Shown here: one piece after another, positions 47,998-58,430 of the stretch
Position numbering within the stretch: the first letter of the stretch is position 1
Layout of the letters: each line of letters opens with the position of its first letter
Assembly: GCA_963704725.1 (NCBI GenBank)
Contig: OY969934.1
Coordinates: 3,264,001-3,328,000, forward strand
Direction: 5' to 3'
Length of the DNA stretch: 64,000 bases
From: an uncultured Actinomycetes bacterium
GTDB taxonomy: Bacteria > Actinomycetota > UBA4738 > HRBIN12
The notes under the pieces: generated by a model
What the model was told of the DNA's origin: nothing
What the model saw: only the letters and a program-made list of their open reading frames with translations
The model's database searches: none
Made by a program: the position numbers and the translations under genes

Positions 47998-50900
47998 TCA
48001 TCCGGCCAGCGCGCGGATCTGGCGAACCGCCACCGTCACGGCGGCCAGGTCGCTGACCTCCTCGAGGGCCAGCCCCCGCATGAATCGGGCGAGGCGGCGA
48101 GTGGGGTCGTCGTGCCGCTCCGCGAAGTCCCGCAGCCCCTCTTCGACGGGCCGTCCGTCCGCGTGAGCGAGCACGCGCTCGGCCAGGCGACGGCGCGCGG
48201 ACAGGAGGTCGTCCTCCACCGCCTGCAAGGCCCATCGGTGCCACCGGGTGGTCGCGGGGACGCCGGCGAGGCGCTCCTCGAGCCAGTCGATGTACGCGGC
48301 CTCCCCGACCACGAAGAAGGCCCGCGTCACCTCCTCGACGGGACGACCCGTCTCGGAGCTCACGCTCGCCACGTTCGGCCCGTGCACGAGGAACGGCTGC
48401 AGGACGTGCCGGCGGGCGACCGGCTCGGGCACACCGCCGTCCATCAGGCGCCACGCCTCGCGCTCTCGCTGGACGCGCCACGCCTCGGGCGCGGCGTCCA
48501 GGAGCGACCCGGAGAACCGGCGGAAGGGCTCCGTGTGGGCCTCGACGGCACGGCCCAGCTGTCCCGGCGTGTGCTGGAGGTACCAGCGCGCCGTCATGGC
48601 GACCAGCCGGTCGACGCCCCCAGTCAGCTCGTCGAGCAGCGGGGGATCGAGGATCCCGGCGAGGGCCTCGATCTCGCCCCACCGCTCGACGGCGCCGGTG
48701 ACGTCTCGCGCGATCCGGTACGCGCGGACGACATCCGACGGCTCGGCGCCGGTCTCCGCCACCACGCGCGAGACGAACGTGATCCCCTCGGAGTTCACGA
48801 CGTCGTTGGCCACGAGCGTCGCGATCAGCTCCCGTCGCAGCGGGTGCTCGAGCAGGACGTGGGCGAACCGCTCGACGACCCGTTTCGGGAAGTAGGACCG
48901 GAGATCCTGCTCCAGGTATCCCGACTCCGGGAGCGACGACCCGAGGAGTGAGTCGGTCAAGCTCTGCTTCGCGTAGGCGAGCAGCACGGCGAGCTCCGGG
49001 CGCACCAGGCCCCGGCCGGCCCGCCGCCGCTCCGCCATCTCCTCGGACCCGGGGAGGGCTTCGATGACCCGGTCGAGCACGCCCTGCAACTCCAGCGACT
49101 GCATGAGGTCCTCGAACGCCTCCATCCGCCCGGCCGAGAGCTCGGCCTCCCGCGAGAGCACCTGCGCCTGCAGGAAGTTGTCGTAGAGCACGTGGCGGAC
49201 CACGTCGGCCTCGACCTCGTGCAGGAGGGTGTTCCGCTCCTGGGTCGTGAGCTCCCCCCGCGCCGCCACCAGCCCGAACAGGATCTTCAGGTTCACCTCG
49301 TGGTCCGAGCAGTCGACGCCGGCCGAGTTGTCGATCGAGTCCGTGTCGATCCGGCCTCCTCGCATCGCGTACTCGATCCGCCCCCGCTGCGTGAACCCCA
49401 GGTTCCCCCCTTCGGCCACGACGCGGCACCTGAGCTCGCCGGCGTCCACGCGCACGGCGTCGTTCACGCGGTCCCCGACATCTGCGTGCGACTCGGAAGA
49501 AGCCTTCACATAGGTGCCGATGCCGCCGTTGTAGAGCAGGTCCACGGGCGCCCGCAGGATCGCCCGGATCAGCTGGTCGGGCTCGAGCTCCTCGTCCTGG
49601 ATGCCAAGGGCCAGGCGCGTCTCGGGGGTGATGGGGATCGACTTCAGGGTGCGGGGCCACACGCCGCCTCCGGCCGAGATCGCGTCCCGGCGGTAGTCGT
49701 CCCACGTCGAGCCGGGTAGCTCGAACAGCCGCCGCCGCTCGGCGAACCCCAGGGCGGGGTTCGGCGCGGGGTCGACGAAGACGTGCCGGTGGTCGAATGC
49801 AGCCACCAGGCAGATCTGATCCGACAACAGCATCCCGTTGCCGAACACGTCGCCCGACATGTCGCCGATCCCGGTCACGGTGAACGGCTCGTTCATGACG
49901 TCGGTGCCGATCTCGCGGAAGTGGCGCTTGACCGACTCCCACGCGCCGCGGGCCGTGATGCCGAGGGCCTTGTGGTCGTAGCCGGCCGAGCCCCCCGAAG
50001 CGAAGGCGTCGCCGAGCCAGTACCCGTACTCGGCGGCGACGGCGTTCGCGGTGTCGGAGAAGGTCGCCGTCCCCTTGTCGGCGGCGACGACCAGGTACGG
50101 ATCGTCCTCGTCGTGCACGACGACGCGCTCGGGATGGACCACCTGGCCGGCGACGAGGTTGTCGGTGAGATCGAGCAGCCCGTGCATGAACGCCACGTAC
50201 TGCCGCGTGACCTCCTCGCGGAGGGCCTTGGGATCGGCGATCTGCCGTTTGAGCACGAACCCTCCCTTGGAGCCGGTGGGAACGATCACGGCGTTCTTGA
50301 CCATCTGCGCCTTCATCAGGCCGAGCACCTCGGTGCGGTAGTCCTGGCGCCGGTCGGACCACCGGATGCCCCCTCGGGCCACCCTTCCGCCGCGAAGGTG
50401 GATCGCCTCCATCTCGGGCGAGTACACGAAGATCTCGAACAGCGGCGTGGGCTTGGGCATCTCCGGGACCTGGGCGGAGCGGAACTTGAACGACAGCGTG
50501 GCCGCGCGGGCCTTGTACGCGTTCGTCCGCACCGTCGCGTCGATCACGCCGAGCGCGTTGCGCAGGATGCGGTCGTGTTCGAGCGACACCACGGCGTCCA
50601 GGTCGCGCAGGATCTCCGCGCGGATCGCCTCCACCCGCTCAGCGTCGCGAGGGCGTTCCGGGTCGAAGCGCTCCTCGAACAGCCGGATCAGCCCGGCGGC
50701 GATGTGCGGATGCCCCGCGAACGCGTCGTTCTTGTACTCGACGGGGAAGCTCGCGTTCACGCGGTGGTGGAACTTGCGGTAGGCCCGCAGGACCTGAACC
50801 TGGCGCCAGTCCAGGCCCGCCGTCACGACGAGCCGGTTGAGGGAGTCGGACTCGCACTCTCCCCTCCACACGGCCACGATGCAGCCGGCGATCCGCGCCC

Positions 50901-52794
50901 CGCTCCGCTCGACGTCGAGCGGCTTGTGGTCGGCGCCGAGGACGCCGAAGTCGTGGAGGTAGCGCTCGTCCTCGCCGGCGAGGTGCGTCGGCCACTCCTC
51001 GATCACCCGCAGGCCGAGGGACTCGAGGGTCGGCACGAAGTCGGAGAGCTGGATCTTGCCCCCGACCTTGTACAGGCGCACGCGCGTCAGGGTCTCGCCC
51101 TCCTCGGTCTCGTTGGCCAGACCGACCACGAAGGCCTCGTCGCCCGCCTCGAGCTCCTCGAACAGAAGGATGTCCTCCACGGCAAGATCGACCTCGGTGG
51201 AGGCCTTGTAGTAGTCGGGGAACCGGTGCGCCCACCGGTCGAACAGGACGCGGGCGCCGTGCTCGCCGTGGAGCTCGGTCAGGCGCTCCTCGAGGCGGTC
51301 GTCCCACGTCCGGGCGATCTCGACGACGTCGCGCTCGAGGTCGTCGAAGGACACGTCCGGGACCTGCCCCGAGGCGACGTGGACCGTGTAGTGCAGGTGC
51401 GCCAGGCCGCTCTCGGCGAACTCCAGGTGCTCGTCGATCGACGAGCCACGGAACCGGCCCAGGAACAGCTCCTGGAGTCGCTGCCCGACCTCGGGCGTGA
51501 AGCGGTCCCGGGGCAGGGCCACCAGGAGCGAGACGCTCCGGCCGTACAGGTCGCGCCGCACGAACAGCTTGACGTGCTGCTGCTCCTGCAGGGCGAGGAG
51601 ACCCGTCACCTGCGTCCGGATCTCCTCGGGAGTGGCGGCGAACAGCTCGTCCTTGGGGAAGCTCTCGAAGATCGAGACGACGGCCTTGTAGTCGTGCGAG
51701 CCCTCGAACAGGTCCTCGGCCGCCAGGATCTGCTGGAGCTTGCGGTGCAGCAGCGGCGTCTTGCTCGCGGGCTCCATGTACGCCTTCGACGTGAACAGGC
51801 CGACCAACCGGGCCTCGCCCACGATCCGGCCCTCCGCAGAGACCTTGCGCACGCCGATGTAGTCCATCCTCGCCCGCCGGTGCACGGTGGAGGGACGGTT
51901 GGTCTTCGAGTAGATCAACAGGTCGCCCCCCTCGATCCGTCCCCGCAGGTTCGGCTCGATCGCAGACAGGAGCACGGGCGTGTCGTACGCAGACCATCCG
52001 GGCTTGGACAGGATCCCCAGCCCGCTCTGCAGGACCGCCGCGAGCGCCCGGCCCGCGGGCGTATCCACGAGGTCGTACTCGCGGTAGCCGAGCAGGACGA
52101 AGTTGTCCTCGAGGAGCCACTGGACGAAGGCGACGGTCTCGGCGACCTCTCCGTCCGAGTACGCGGTGATGCCGTCCCACGCGATGTCGGCCATCCGCCC
52201 AAGGGCGTCGCGCATCGCCTCGAAGTCCCGGACCGCGAGGCGGACGTCGCCGAGCACCCCGCGGACGGCCTCCTCCAGGTCCGCCGCCTCGGGGCCGGGG
52301 AGCCGCCGCTCGAGCTCGAATCGCATGACCGACTCGCGCGTCGCCGCCTCCCGGACGCCCACCACGCGGCGGATCCGGCCGTCGGATCCGCGCTCGACGC
52401 CGATCACCGGGTGGATCACGTGGCGGACGGAGAGGTCGCGCGCCTGCAGCTCCTCGTTCACGGAGTCGAACAGGAACGGCGAGTCGATCGTGTTCGTCTC
52501 GACCACCGTCCCCAGGGCCTGGTACCCGTCCCGGCCGAGCGTCGGGTTGAACACCCGGACGGCGACCTCGTCGGATCCTCGGGCGTCGGCGAGCCGGTGG
52601 ACGCCCAGCACCATCCCGAGCAGCTCGTCCGCGGTGACCCCGGCGAGATCGGCGGCCGGGAGCCGCCGCGTGAAGGCCTTGGCCAGGGCAACGACGGCCT
52701 CGGCGCGTTCGAGCGGGACCTGAGCGGCAACCAGCTCGACCAGCCGGTCGAGCACCGTCCGGAGGGCCGGAGCGGCCTCGTCCGTCGCGCTCAC
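47998..52794 (-). CDS. gdh: Large NAD-specific glutamate dehydrogenase
   Basis: About 1600 aa; ARGGIRWSDR, VKNAVIVP.GSKGGF, VVAADKGTATFSD, GDMSGDVFGNG, DNSAGVDCSDHEVN. Confidence 0.96.
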   Translation of the reverse strand: MSATDEAAPALRTVLDRLVELVAAQVPLERAEAVVALAKAFTRRLPAADLAGVTADELLGMVLGVHRLADARGSDEVAVRVFNPTLGRDGYQALGTVVETNTIDSPFLFDSVNEELQARDLSVRHVIHPVIGVERGSDGRIRRVVGVREAATRESVMRFELERRLPGPEAADLEEAVRGVLGDVRLAVRDFEAMRDALGRMADIAWDGITAYSDGEVAETVAFVQWLLEDNFVLLGYREYDLVDTPAGRALAAVLQSGLGILSKPGWSAYDTPVLLSAIEPNLRGRIEGGDLLIYSKTNRPSTVHRRARMDYIGVRKVSAEGRIVGEARLVGLFTSKAYMEPASKTPLLHRKLQQILAAEDLFEGSHDYKAVVSIFESFPKDELFAATPEEIRTQVTGLLALQEQQHVKLFVRRDLYGRSVSLLVALPRDRFTPEVGQRLQELFLGRFRGSSIDEHLEFAESGLAHLHYTVHVASGQVPDVSFDDLERDVVEIARTWDDRLEERLTELHGEHGARVLFDRWAHRFPDYYKASTEVDLAVEDILLFEELEAGDEAFVVGLANETEEGETLTRVRLYKVGGKIQLSDFVPTLESLGLRVIEEWPTHLAGEDERYLHDFGVLGADHKPLDVERSGARIAGCIVAVWRGECESDSLNRLVVTAGLDWRQVQVLRAYRKFHHRVNASFPVEYKNDAFAGHPHIAAGLIRLFEERFDPERPRDAERVEAIRAEILRDLDAVVSLEHDRILRNALGVIDATVRTNAYKARAATLSFKFRSAQVPEMPKPTPLFEIFVYSPEMEAIHLRGGRVARGGIRWSDRRQDYRTEVLGLMKAQMVKNAVIVPTGSKGGFVLKRQIADPKALREEVTRQYVAFMHGLLDLTDNLVAGQVVHPERVVVHDEDDPYLVVAADKGTATFSDTANAVAAEYGYWLGDAFASGGSAGYDHKALGITARGAWESVKRHFREIGTDVMNEPFTVTGIGDMSGDVFGNGMLLSDQICLVAAFDHRHVFVDPAPNPALGFAERRRLFELPGSTWDDYRRDAISAGGGVWPRTLKSIPITPETRLALGIQDEELEPDQLIRAILRAPVDLLYNGGIGTYVKASSESHADVGDRVNDAVRVDAGELRCRVVAEGGNLGFTQRGRIEYAMRGGRIDTDSIDNSAGVDCSDHEVNLKILFGLVAARGELTTQERNTLLHEVEADVVRHVLYDNFLQAQVLSREAELSAGRMEAFEDLMQSLELQGVLDRVIEALPGSEEMAERRRAGRGLVRPELAVLLAYAKQSLTDSLLGSSLPESGYLEQDLRSYFPKRVVERFAHVLLEHPLRRELIATLVANDVVNSEGITFVSRVVAETGAEPSDVVRAYRIARDVTGAVERWGEIEALAGILDPPLLDELTGGVDRLVAMTARWYLQHTPGQLGRAVEAHTEPFRRFSGSLLDAAPEAWRVQREREAWRLMDGGVPEPVARRHVLQPFLVHGPNVASVSSETGRPVEEVTRAFFVVGEAAYIDWLEERLAGVPATTRWHRWALQAVEDDLLSARRRLAERVLAHADGRPVEEGLRDFAERHDDPTRRLARFMRGLALEEVSDLAAVTVAVRQIRALAG

Positions 52795-52886
52795 CGGCCC
52801 ATCGTACCCGGGCCGCGAACGCCGGCCGAGGGCCCCGGCATCAACTCGAAGCGCTCCCGTGCCGAGAATCAAGGAGGAGGAGGCCG

Positions 52887-55091
52887 GTGCCACCGGTCGA
52901 TATCGTCATGGTCGACGTGCATACGAACCAGGACTCCAGGGCCGCCGAGGACGAGCGCGAGCTCCGATCGGTCGCGCAGCTGCGATTCCTCCACGGGCTC
53001 GCCCCGAGGCTCAACGCCCTGGACGACGTCGGCGCGATCGCGCGGGCCATCACGGTCGAGCTGCAGACCCTCATCGACTACCACAACTGCCGGATCTACC
53101 TGCTGCTCGAGGACGGCATCACCCTGTGGCCGATCGTCTTCCGCGGCTCCCTCGGCGAGTACGAGAGCGAGACGTTCGAGGAGCTCGTGACGGTGGTCGG
53201 CGAGGGCATCACGGGGCATGCCGTGGAGGTGGGGCGGACCCACTACGCGCCCGACGCCCTCAACGACCCCGTGGGCGTGCAGATCGAGGGCACGTCACAG
53301 ATCGACGAGTCGATCCTTGCGGTCCCGATGAAGATCGGCGAACGGGTGAACGGCGTCATCGTCCTGTCGAACCTCGGGATCGACCAGTTCGACGGCGAGG
53401 ACATTCGCGTGCTCGAGGTCCTCGCCTCCCACGCCGCCGTCGCGTTCGAGAACGCGCGCCTCCTGCAGCAGGAGCGCGAGGCGGCCGAGACGGCGTCGGC
53501 GCTGCTCGGGCTGTCCCAGGCCCTGACCGGCGCCCACGAAACGACGACCGTCCTGGAGCGGGTGACGGTCGCGGTGCCGTCGCTCATCGAGTCCTCCGCG
53601 GTCTTCTCCTACCTCCGCGACCCGGAGACCGGCGTCTTCCGGCTCGCGACCCAGCGCGGCCTCTCCGCCGACCAGGAACGGGCGATCACCGAGGTCCAGC
53701 CCGAGATCGCCGCGAACCTGCTGTCCTCACTCTCGGAGGCGTTCATCCTGCCGGCCGAGGTCGCGGCGTCGCTTCCCCGCGAGTACCTGGTCTTCGACGA
53801 GCCGAGGCCCGCGATCATCCTCCCGCTGCGGTGGGAGCCCGACGGCCTGGCGGTGCTGGTGGCGACGGCCAAGACCCCCGGGTCCACGTTCTCGGACCGG
53901 GACCTCTCGCTGGCGCGCGGGATGGGCGACATCGCCTCGCTGGCCCTGGGGAGCGCCAAGCGGTTCCACGAGCTCGAGCGTTTCCACGAGCTCGTGGAGA
54001 GCCTCGACGCCATCTTCTGGGAGGCCGATCCCCCCTCGCTCGCGTTCAGCTTCCTGTCGCGGCGGGCCTCCGTCCTGCTCGGTCGGTCGAGCGACTGGGG
54101 CGAGGAGGGTCCGGCGGCCTGGGGCGACCACGTCCACGCCGAGGACAGGGAGCGGGTCGTGGGGGCCGTCCGGGAGCGCATCGCGGCGCCGGGCGACGAC
54201 CTCACGCTCGAGTACCGCGCCCTGGGACCCGAGGGCGAACCGATCTGGCTGCGGGACCTCGTCCACGTGGGGAGCGACGCGCGCGGCGCGACGCTGCTCC
54301 GCGGCCTGATCGTGGATATCACGGAGCGCAAGCGTGCGGAGCAGGCGCTGCAGCGGAGCGAGCAGAAGTACTCGGAGGCGTTCCGGCGCGAACGGGAGGC
54401 GACCCAGCGGCTGCGGGCGCTCGACGAGATGAAGAACACGTTCCTCGAAGCCGTATCGCACGACCTGCGGACGCCCCTCACCTCGATCCTCGGCTCGGCC
54501 GTCACGCTCGAGCAGGCCGGGATGGACATCCCGCGTGAGGACGCGGTCGACCTCCTGCGCCGGATCGCCGCCAACGCCCGCAAGCTCGAGCGCCTGCTCT
54601 CCGACCTGCTGGACCTGGACCGGCTGCAGCGGGGGATCGTCTCCCCGCAGCGACGCCGGACCGACGTCGCCGAGCTGGTGAGGCAGGCCGTGCGCGAGTC
54701 CGACCTCCTCGCCGGGCGGGACGTTCGGATGGAGGCCTCCGACGTGGTGGCCAACGTCGACGCCGCGAAGGTCGAGCGGATCGTGGAGAACCTCCTGGCG
54801 AACGCCGCCCGCCACACGCCGGAGGACTCCCCGCTCTGGGTTCGGGTGACCCGCGAAGGCCCCGGCGTGCTCATCGTGGTCGAGGACGCGGGCCCGGGTG
54901 TGACCGACGACCTCAAGCAGGCTGTCTTCGAACCATTCCGCCAGGGAGATGGTGGCCCCAACCCGTCACCCGGGGTCGGCGTGGGGTTGTCCCTCGTGGC
55001 GCGGTTCGCCGAGCTCCACGGCGGGCGGGCGTGGGTGCAGGACCGCCCCGGCGGGGGCGCGTCCTTCCACGTCTTCCTGCCCGACGCCTGA
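52887..55091 (+). CDS. Soluble GAF-GAF-PAS sensor histidine kinase
   Basis: GEGITG and ILAVPM GAF; VHAEDRE and WLRD PAS; VSHDLRTP, NLLANA, GVGLSLV. Confidence 0.9.
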   Translation: MPPVDIVMVDVHTNQDSRAAEDERELRSVAQLRFLHGLAPRLNALDDVGAIARAITVELQTLIDYHNCRIYLLLEDGITLWPIVFRGSLGEYESETFEELVTVVGEGITGHAVEVGRTHYAPDALNDPVGVQIEGTSQIDESILAVPMKIGERVNGVIVLSNLGIDQFDGEDIRVLEVLASHAAVAFENARLLQQEREAAETASALLGLSQALTGAHETTTVLERVTVAVPSLIESSAVFSYLRDPETGVFRLATQRGLSADQERAITEVQPEIAANLLSSLSEAFILPAEVAASLPREYLVFDEPRPAIILPLRWEPDGLAVLVATAKTPGSTFSDRDLSLARGMGDIASLALGSAKRFHELERFHELVESLDAIFWEADPPSLAFSFLSRRASVLLGRSSDWGEEGPAAWGDHVHAEDRERVVGAVRERIAAPGDDLTLEYRALGPEGEPIWLRDLVHVGSDARGATLLRGLIVDITERKRAEQALQRSEQKYSEAFRREREATQRLRALDEMKNTFLEAVSHDLRTPLTSILGSAVTLEQAGMDIPREDAVDLLRRIAANARKLERLLSDLLDLDRLQRGIVSPQRRRTDVAELVRQAVRESDLLAGRDVRMEASDVVANVDAAKVERIVENLLANAARHTPEDSPLWVRVTREGPGVLIVVEDAGPGVTDDLKQAVFEPFRQGDGGPNPSPGVGVGLSLVARFAELHGGRAWVQDRPGGGASFHVFLPDA

Positions 55092-55106
55092 CCGCGTCGG
55101 GGCCCA

Positions 55107-55481
55107 TCACTCCTTCGGGGCGAAGGTCTGGAAGAACGTCGGGAACGTCAGCACCAGCCCGGCCACGACCAGGATCCCGGCCCACAGGAACACCGTCCGC
55201 GGGGTCGGGTCCTTCCCCCGCAGCAGCGCGGTGAGCACCACCCACGAAAGGACGAACGCCGTGACCGCCAGGATCGTCTTGCCCGCGAGCGGTCCGACCG
55301 CATCCGACCACTGCAGGGCCGACGCGAAGTCCGCGCTCGCCTCCGAGATCGTCGTGAGGATCCCCAGCACCAGCGCCCCGATCCCCGCCGCGAGGAACAC
55401 CGCGGCGACCGGGCCGAAGGGCTTGTCCGTGGTGACGGCCCCGACGTTCGTCCCCATGTCCTCCGATGTCTGCATCATCAC
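55107..55481 (-). CDS. Small 3-TM hypothetical membrane protein
   Basis: SD GAGGAGGG; AAVFLAAGIG, VGPLAGK, TFPTFF. Confidence 0.75.
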   Translation of the reverse strand: MMMQTSEDMGTNVGAVTTDKPFGPVAAVFLAAGIGALVLGILTTISEASADFASALQWSDAVGPLAGKTILAVTAFVLSWVVLTALLRGKDPTPRTVFLWAGILVVAGLVLTFPTFFQTFAPKE

Positions 55482-55488
55482 GCCCTCC

Positions 55489-56001
55489 TCACGAGACCGG
55501 GGCGGCCTTGGTGATGAACGCGCCCAGCGCGCCGGCGACGCCGGCGATCACGAACGCGGCCGTGAAGAACACCAGCAGCGCCTTCCGGACGCCCTGGTGT
55601 CGGATCAGCGACGTCCCGTAGTAGGTCACGGTGAACGCCACCGCCGTCGCCAGCAGGGGAGCGATCCAGGCGATGTGCTCCTTCCACTCCATCCCGAACT
55701 CGTGCCAGTCCGCGGTGCCCGGGTCCGCGAGCAGGAGGTTCTTCGGGCTCGTGGCTGCCGCGTCCCGATACCAGGGGTAGACGATCCACGACCCGGTGAT
55801 GACGGTCAGCCACGCCGCCCCGGCCATCGTCCACGTGCCGATCGCGAGCCTCCGGGTTCGTCTGGCCACCCCGGCCTCGGTCAGCTGCCCTTCGCGGAGG
55901 CTCCAGAACTCCGCCAGGCCGCCGGCGAAGGCCAGCAGGAACAGGGCTCCGAGCCCCATGCCGTGGATGACCGCCCACCACTCCCGATCCGAGAGATGCA
56001 C
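55489..56001 (-). CDS. 4-TM hypothetical membrane protein with His motifs
   Basis: SD GGAGGGG; IHGM, VYPWYR, WHEFGMEWKEHIAW. Confidence 0.78.
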   Translation of the reverse strand: MHLSDREWWAVIHGMGLGALFLLAFAGGLAEFWSLREGQLTEAGVARRTRRLAIGTWTMAGAAWLTVITGSWIVYPWYRDAAATSPKNLLLADPGTADWHEFGMEWKEHIAWIAPLLATAVAFTVTYYGTSLIRHQGVRKALLVFFTAAFVIAGVAGALGAFITKAAPVS

Positions 56002-56192
56002 GTCAACCCCCTCCAGAGTCGTTGTGCGGCGATGGAACCTCGCGAGCCTACGCCTCCGGGCCCGCCGCAGCCAGCAACCAGGCATCGGGGCGCCGTCGAC
56101 GACCCGGGGATAGGTGAGGGCCGGGAGGCGGTGGGGGACTGAACCTCCCGGCCCTCGTTGTCGGGGTGCGATGGACTTATCCCGACAATCCC

Positions 56193-56720
56193 TCAGATGA
56201 AGAGCGTGATCGCGTTCTGCGCCTCCATCAACATCGTCGTCGCGCCGGCCGGCTCGCCGAGGCCGTCGATCATGTCCTCGCGCTTGAGCCCGAGCAGATC
56301 CATCGTCATCTGGCACGGCACGAGCTTCACGCCGAGATCCACGGCCATCTCGAGCAGCTCGCCGGGGCTGGCCACCTGATGGTCCTTGGCGAGGTGCTTC
56401 ATCATCGCGGGGCCCGCGCCGGCGAAGTTCATCTGGCCGAGCTTGAGGTGGTCGATGCCCGGCCGGTCCATCATCGAGACCATCTTCTGCATCCAGTTGT
56501 CGCCCGTGATGCGCTTGTTCTCCTTGACCACGGAGAACAGCCCCCAGAACGTGAAGAAGATGGTCGTGTCCATGCCCATCGCCGCGCCGGTGGTGGCGAG
56601 GATCATCTGCGGCCACACCTTGTCGAGCTCGCCCGACCAAGCGATGACCACGAGCCGGTTGTGCTGCGTGTGCGGGTGGTCGTGGACCGGGAGCTCGAGT
56701 GCCTGTTCCTGAACGGCCAT
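56193..56720 (-). CDS. DsrE/DsrF/DrsH-like sulfurtransferase
   Basis: SGELDK, ATTGAAMG, FFTFWGL, PCQMTMDL. Confidence 0.9.
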   Translation of the reverse strand: MAVQEQALELPVHDHPHTQHNRLVVIAWSGELDKVWPQMILATTGAAMGMDTTIFFTFWGLFSVVKENKRITGDNWMQKMVSMMDRPGIDHLKLGQMNFAGAGPAMMKHLAKDHQVASPGELLEMAVDLGVKLVPCQMTMDLLGLKREDMIDGLGEPAGATTMLMEAQNAITLFI

Positions 56721-56732
56721 GATCGCTCCCCC

Positions 56733-56966
56733 TCACTTCTTCCGGATCACGAAGCGGAAGACGCTGTCCGCCTCGTCGTGCTCGACGAGCTCGTTGCCCG
56801 TGCTCTTGCACCATGCGTTGAAGTCGGCGACCGAACCCGGATCCGTCGCCAGCGCCTCGAGCAGGTCGCCCGACGCGAGCTCCTTCATGGCCTGCGCCGT
56901 CTTCACGATCGGCAGCGGGCAGGACAACCCCTTCAGGTCCAGGCTCTTCGCGATCTGTGTGCTCAT
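56733..56966 (-). CDS. tusA: Sulfur carrier TusA family
   Basis: LDLKGLSCPLP, TDPGSVADF; ATGA overlap. Confidence 0.92.
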   Translation of the reverse strand: MSTQIAKSLDLKGLSCPLPIVKTAQAMKELASGDLLEALATDPGSVADFNAWCKSTGNELVEHDEADSVFRFVIRKK

Positions 56967-58171
56967 GGTTGGCTCCTTCCGATGGGTGTCGGGCTCGCCG
57001 TGCTCTTGCCCGTGGGGATCGGCAGCGGGACGTTGTCCGGCATCCGGCCCTGCGGGATGGTCTCCCAGTAGATGCGGTTGAACATCCACTTGGCCGTGTG
57101 CCACACGAGGTTGGGCTGCGGCGGGGCCGGGGGGTGCTCGTAGTCGAACCGGAGCACGGTCGCCTTGCGGTTGCCGGTCTCCAGGAAGCACATGACCCGG
57201 CCGCCGTAGTTGGTCTTGGGGGCCGTCCCGTGCACAAGGCTGGCGATACGGCTCGCGACGACCGGCGCCTCGAAGTGCGCCGTGGACCCGCTCTTGCTGA
57301 TGGGCAGGTTGGTCGCGTCGCCCATGGCGAAGATGCGCTCCTGCCCCTCGACCTGGAGCGTGTGCCGGTCGGTGGGGAGCCACCCCGCGGCATCTCCGAG
57401 GTGCGAGTCCGACACGATCTGCTGCCCCCGATGGGGCGGCACGAGCACCAACAGGTCGTACTCGTCCTTCTCTCCTTCGAGCGAGGACACCGTGTGCGCG
57501 GACGGGTCGACCTCCTCGACGTTGAAGAACGTCGTGAGCCCGATGCCGCGCTGCTCGAGGATCGGCTGGATCACCTTGCTTGCCGACTCGATCGTGAACG
57601 CCCGGTTGAGCGGCGAGAGCAGCCGCACCTCGCTTCGCCCGCGGATGCCGCGACGGCGCAGGTACTCGTCGACCATGAAGACGAACTCGATCGGCGCCGG
57701 CGGGCACTTGTACGGGATGCCGGCGATGCCGACGAGGATGCGCCCTCCCGAGAAGCGCCGCAGCGCCTCGCGGAGGCGCTGCGCGTCCTCGAGCGAATAG
57801 AAGCCGTGCGCGTCCTGGACGAGTCCGGGGATCTGGTCGTGCACCAGTCGGGCCCCGGTCGACATGACGAGGTAGTCCCAGTCGAGGCTGCCGCCCCGTT
57901 CGAGCTGGACGGTGCCGGCGTCGGGGTGGACGCGGACGGCGCGCTCGACCACGAGCTCGACGTCCCGGCGGAGCAGCGTCCGCTCGTCGCGCACGAGCCA
58001 CCGCCCGTTGGCCTGCCCCAGGGCCACGTAGAGGTAGCCCGGCTGGTAGTGATGCATGCCGGTGGGGTCGACCACCGTCACCTTCACGTCGCGCCCGAGC
58101 TCCTTCGAAAGGAGGTTGGCGGCGAGGGTGCCTCCCACCCCGCCACCGAGCACGACGACCCTTGCCGGCAC
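56963..58171 (-). CDS. sqr: Sulfide:quinone oxidoreductase-like flavoprotein
   Basis: GGGVGG, YQPG, YKCPPAPIEF, GDAT..PISKSG, YGGRVMCFLETG. Confidence 0.82.
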   Translation of the reverse strand: MPARVVVLGGGVGGTLAANLLSKELGRDVKVTVVDPTGMHHYQPGYLYVALGQANGRWLVRDERTLLRRDVELVVERAVRVHPDAGTVQLERGGSLDWDYLVMSTGARLVHDQIPGLVQDAHGFYSLEDAQRLREALRRFSGGRILVGIAGIPYKCPPAPIEFVFMVDEYLRRRGIRGRSEVRLLSPLNRAFTIESASKVIQPILEQRGIGLTTFFNVEEVDPSAHTVSSLEGEKDEYDLLVLVPPHRGQQIVSDSHLGDAAGWLPTDRHTLQVEGQERIFAMGDATNLPISKSGSTAHFEAPVVASRIASLVHGTAPKTNYGGRVMCFLETGNRKATVLRFDYEHPPAPPQPNLVWHTAKWMFNRIYWETIPQGRMPDNVPLPIPTGKSTASPTPIGRSQP

Positions 58172-58178
58172 GCCTAGG

Positions 58179-58418
58179 TCACCGAGCCTTCCGCACCACG
58201 ATGCGGACGAACCCGTCCTCCTCCTGGAGGTCGACGAGCTCGTGACCGGCCTTGCGGATCCACGCCGGGATGTCGGTGCGCGATCCCTCGTCCGAGGAGA
58301 GAACCTCGAGCATGTCGCCCACCTCGCCCTCACGGATCGCGCCGATCAGGCTCATGAGCGGTCCCGGGCACGGCATGCCGCGGGCATCGATCGAACGGGT
58401 CACGTTGGCGGTCGTCAT
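58179..58418 (-). CDS. tusA: Sulfur carrier TusA family (second copy)
   Basis: IDARGMPCPGP, DIPAW; SD AGGAGG. Confidence 0.9.
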   Translation of the reverse strand: MTTANVTRSIDARGMPCPGPLMSLIGAIREGEVGDMLEVLSSDEGSRTDIPAWIRKAGHELVDLQEEDGFVRIVVRKAR

Positions 58419-58430
58419 CTCGTACCTCCT

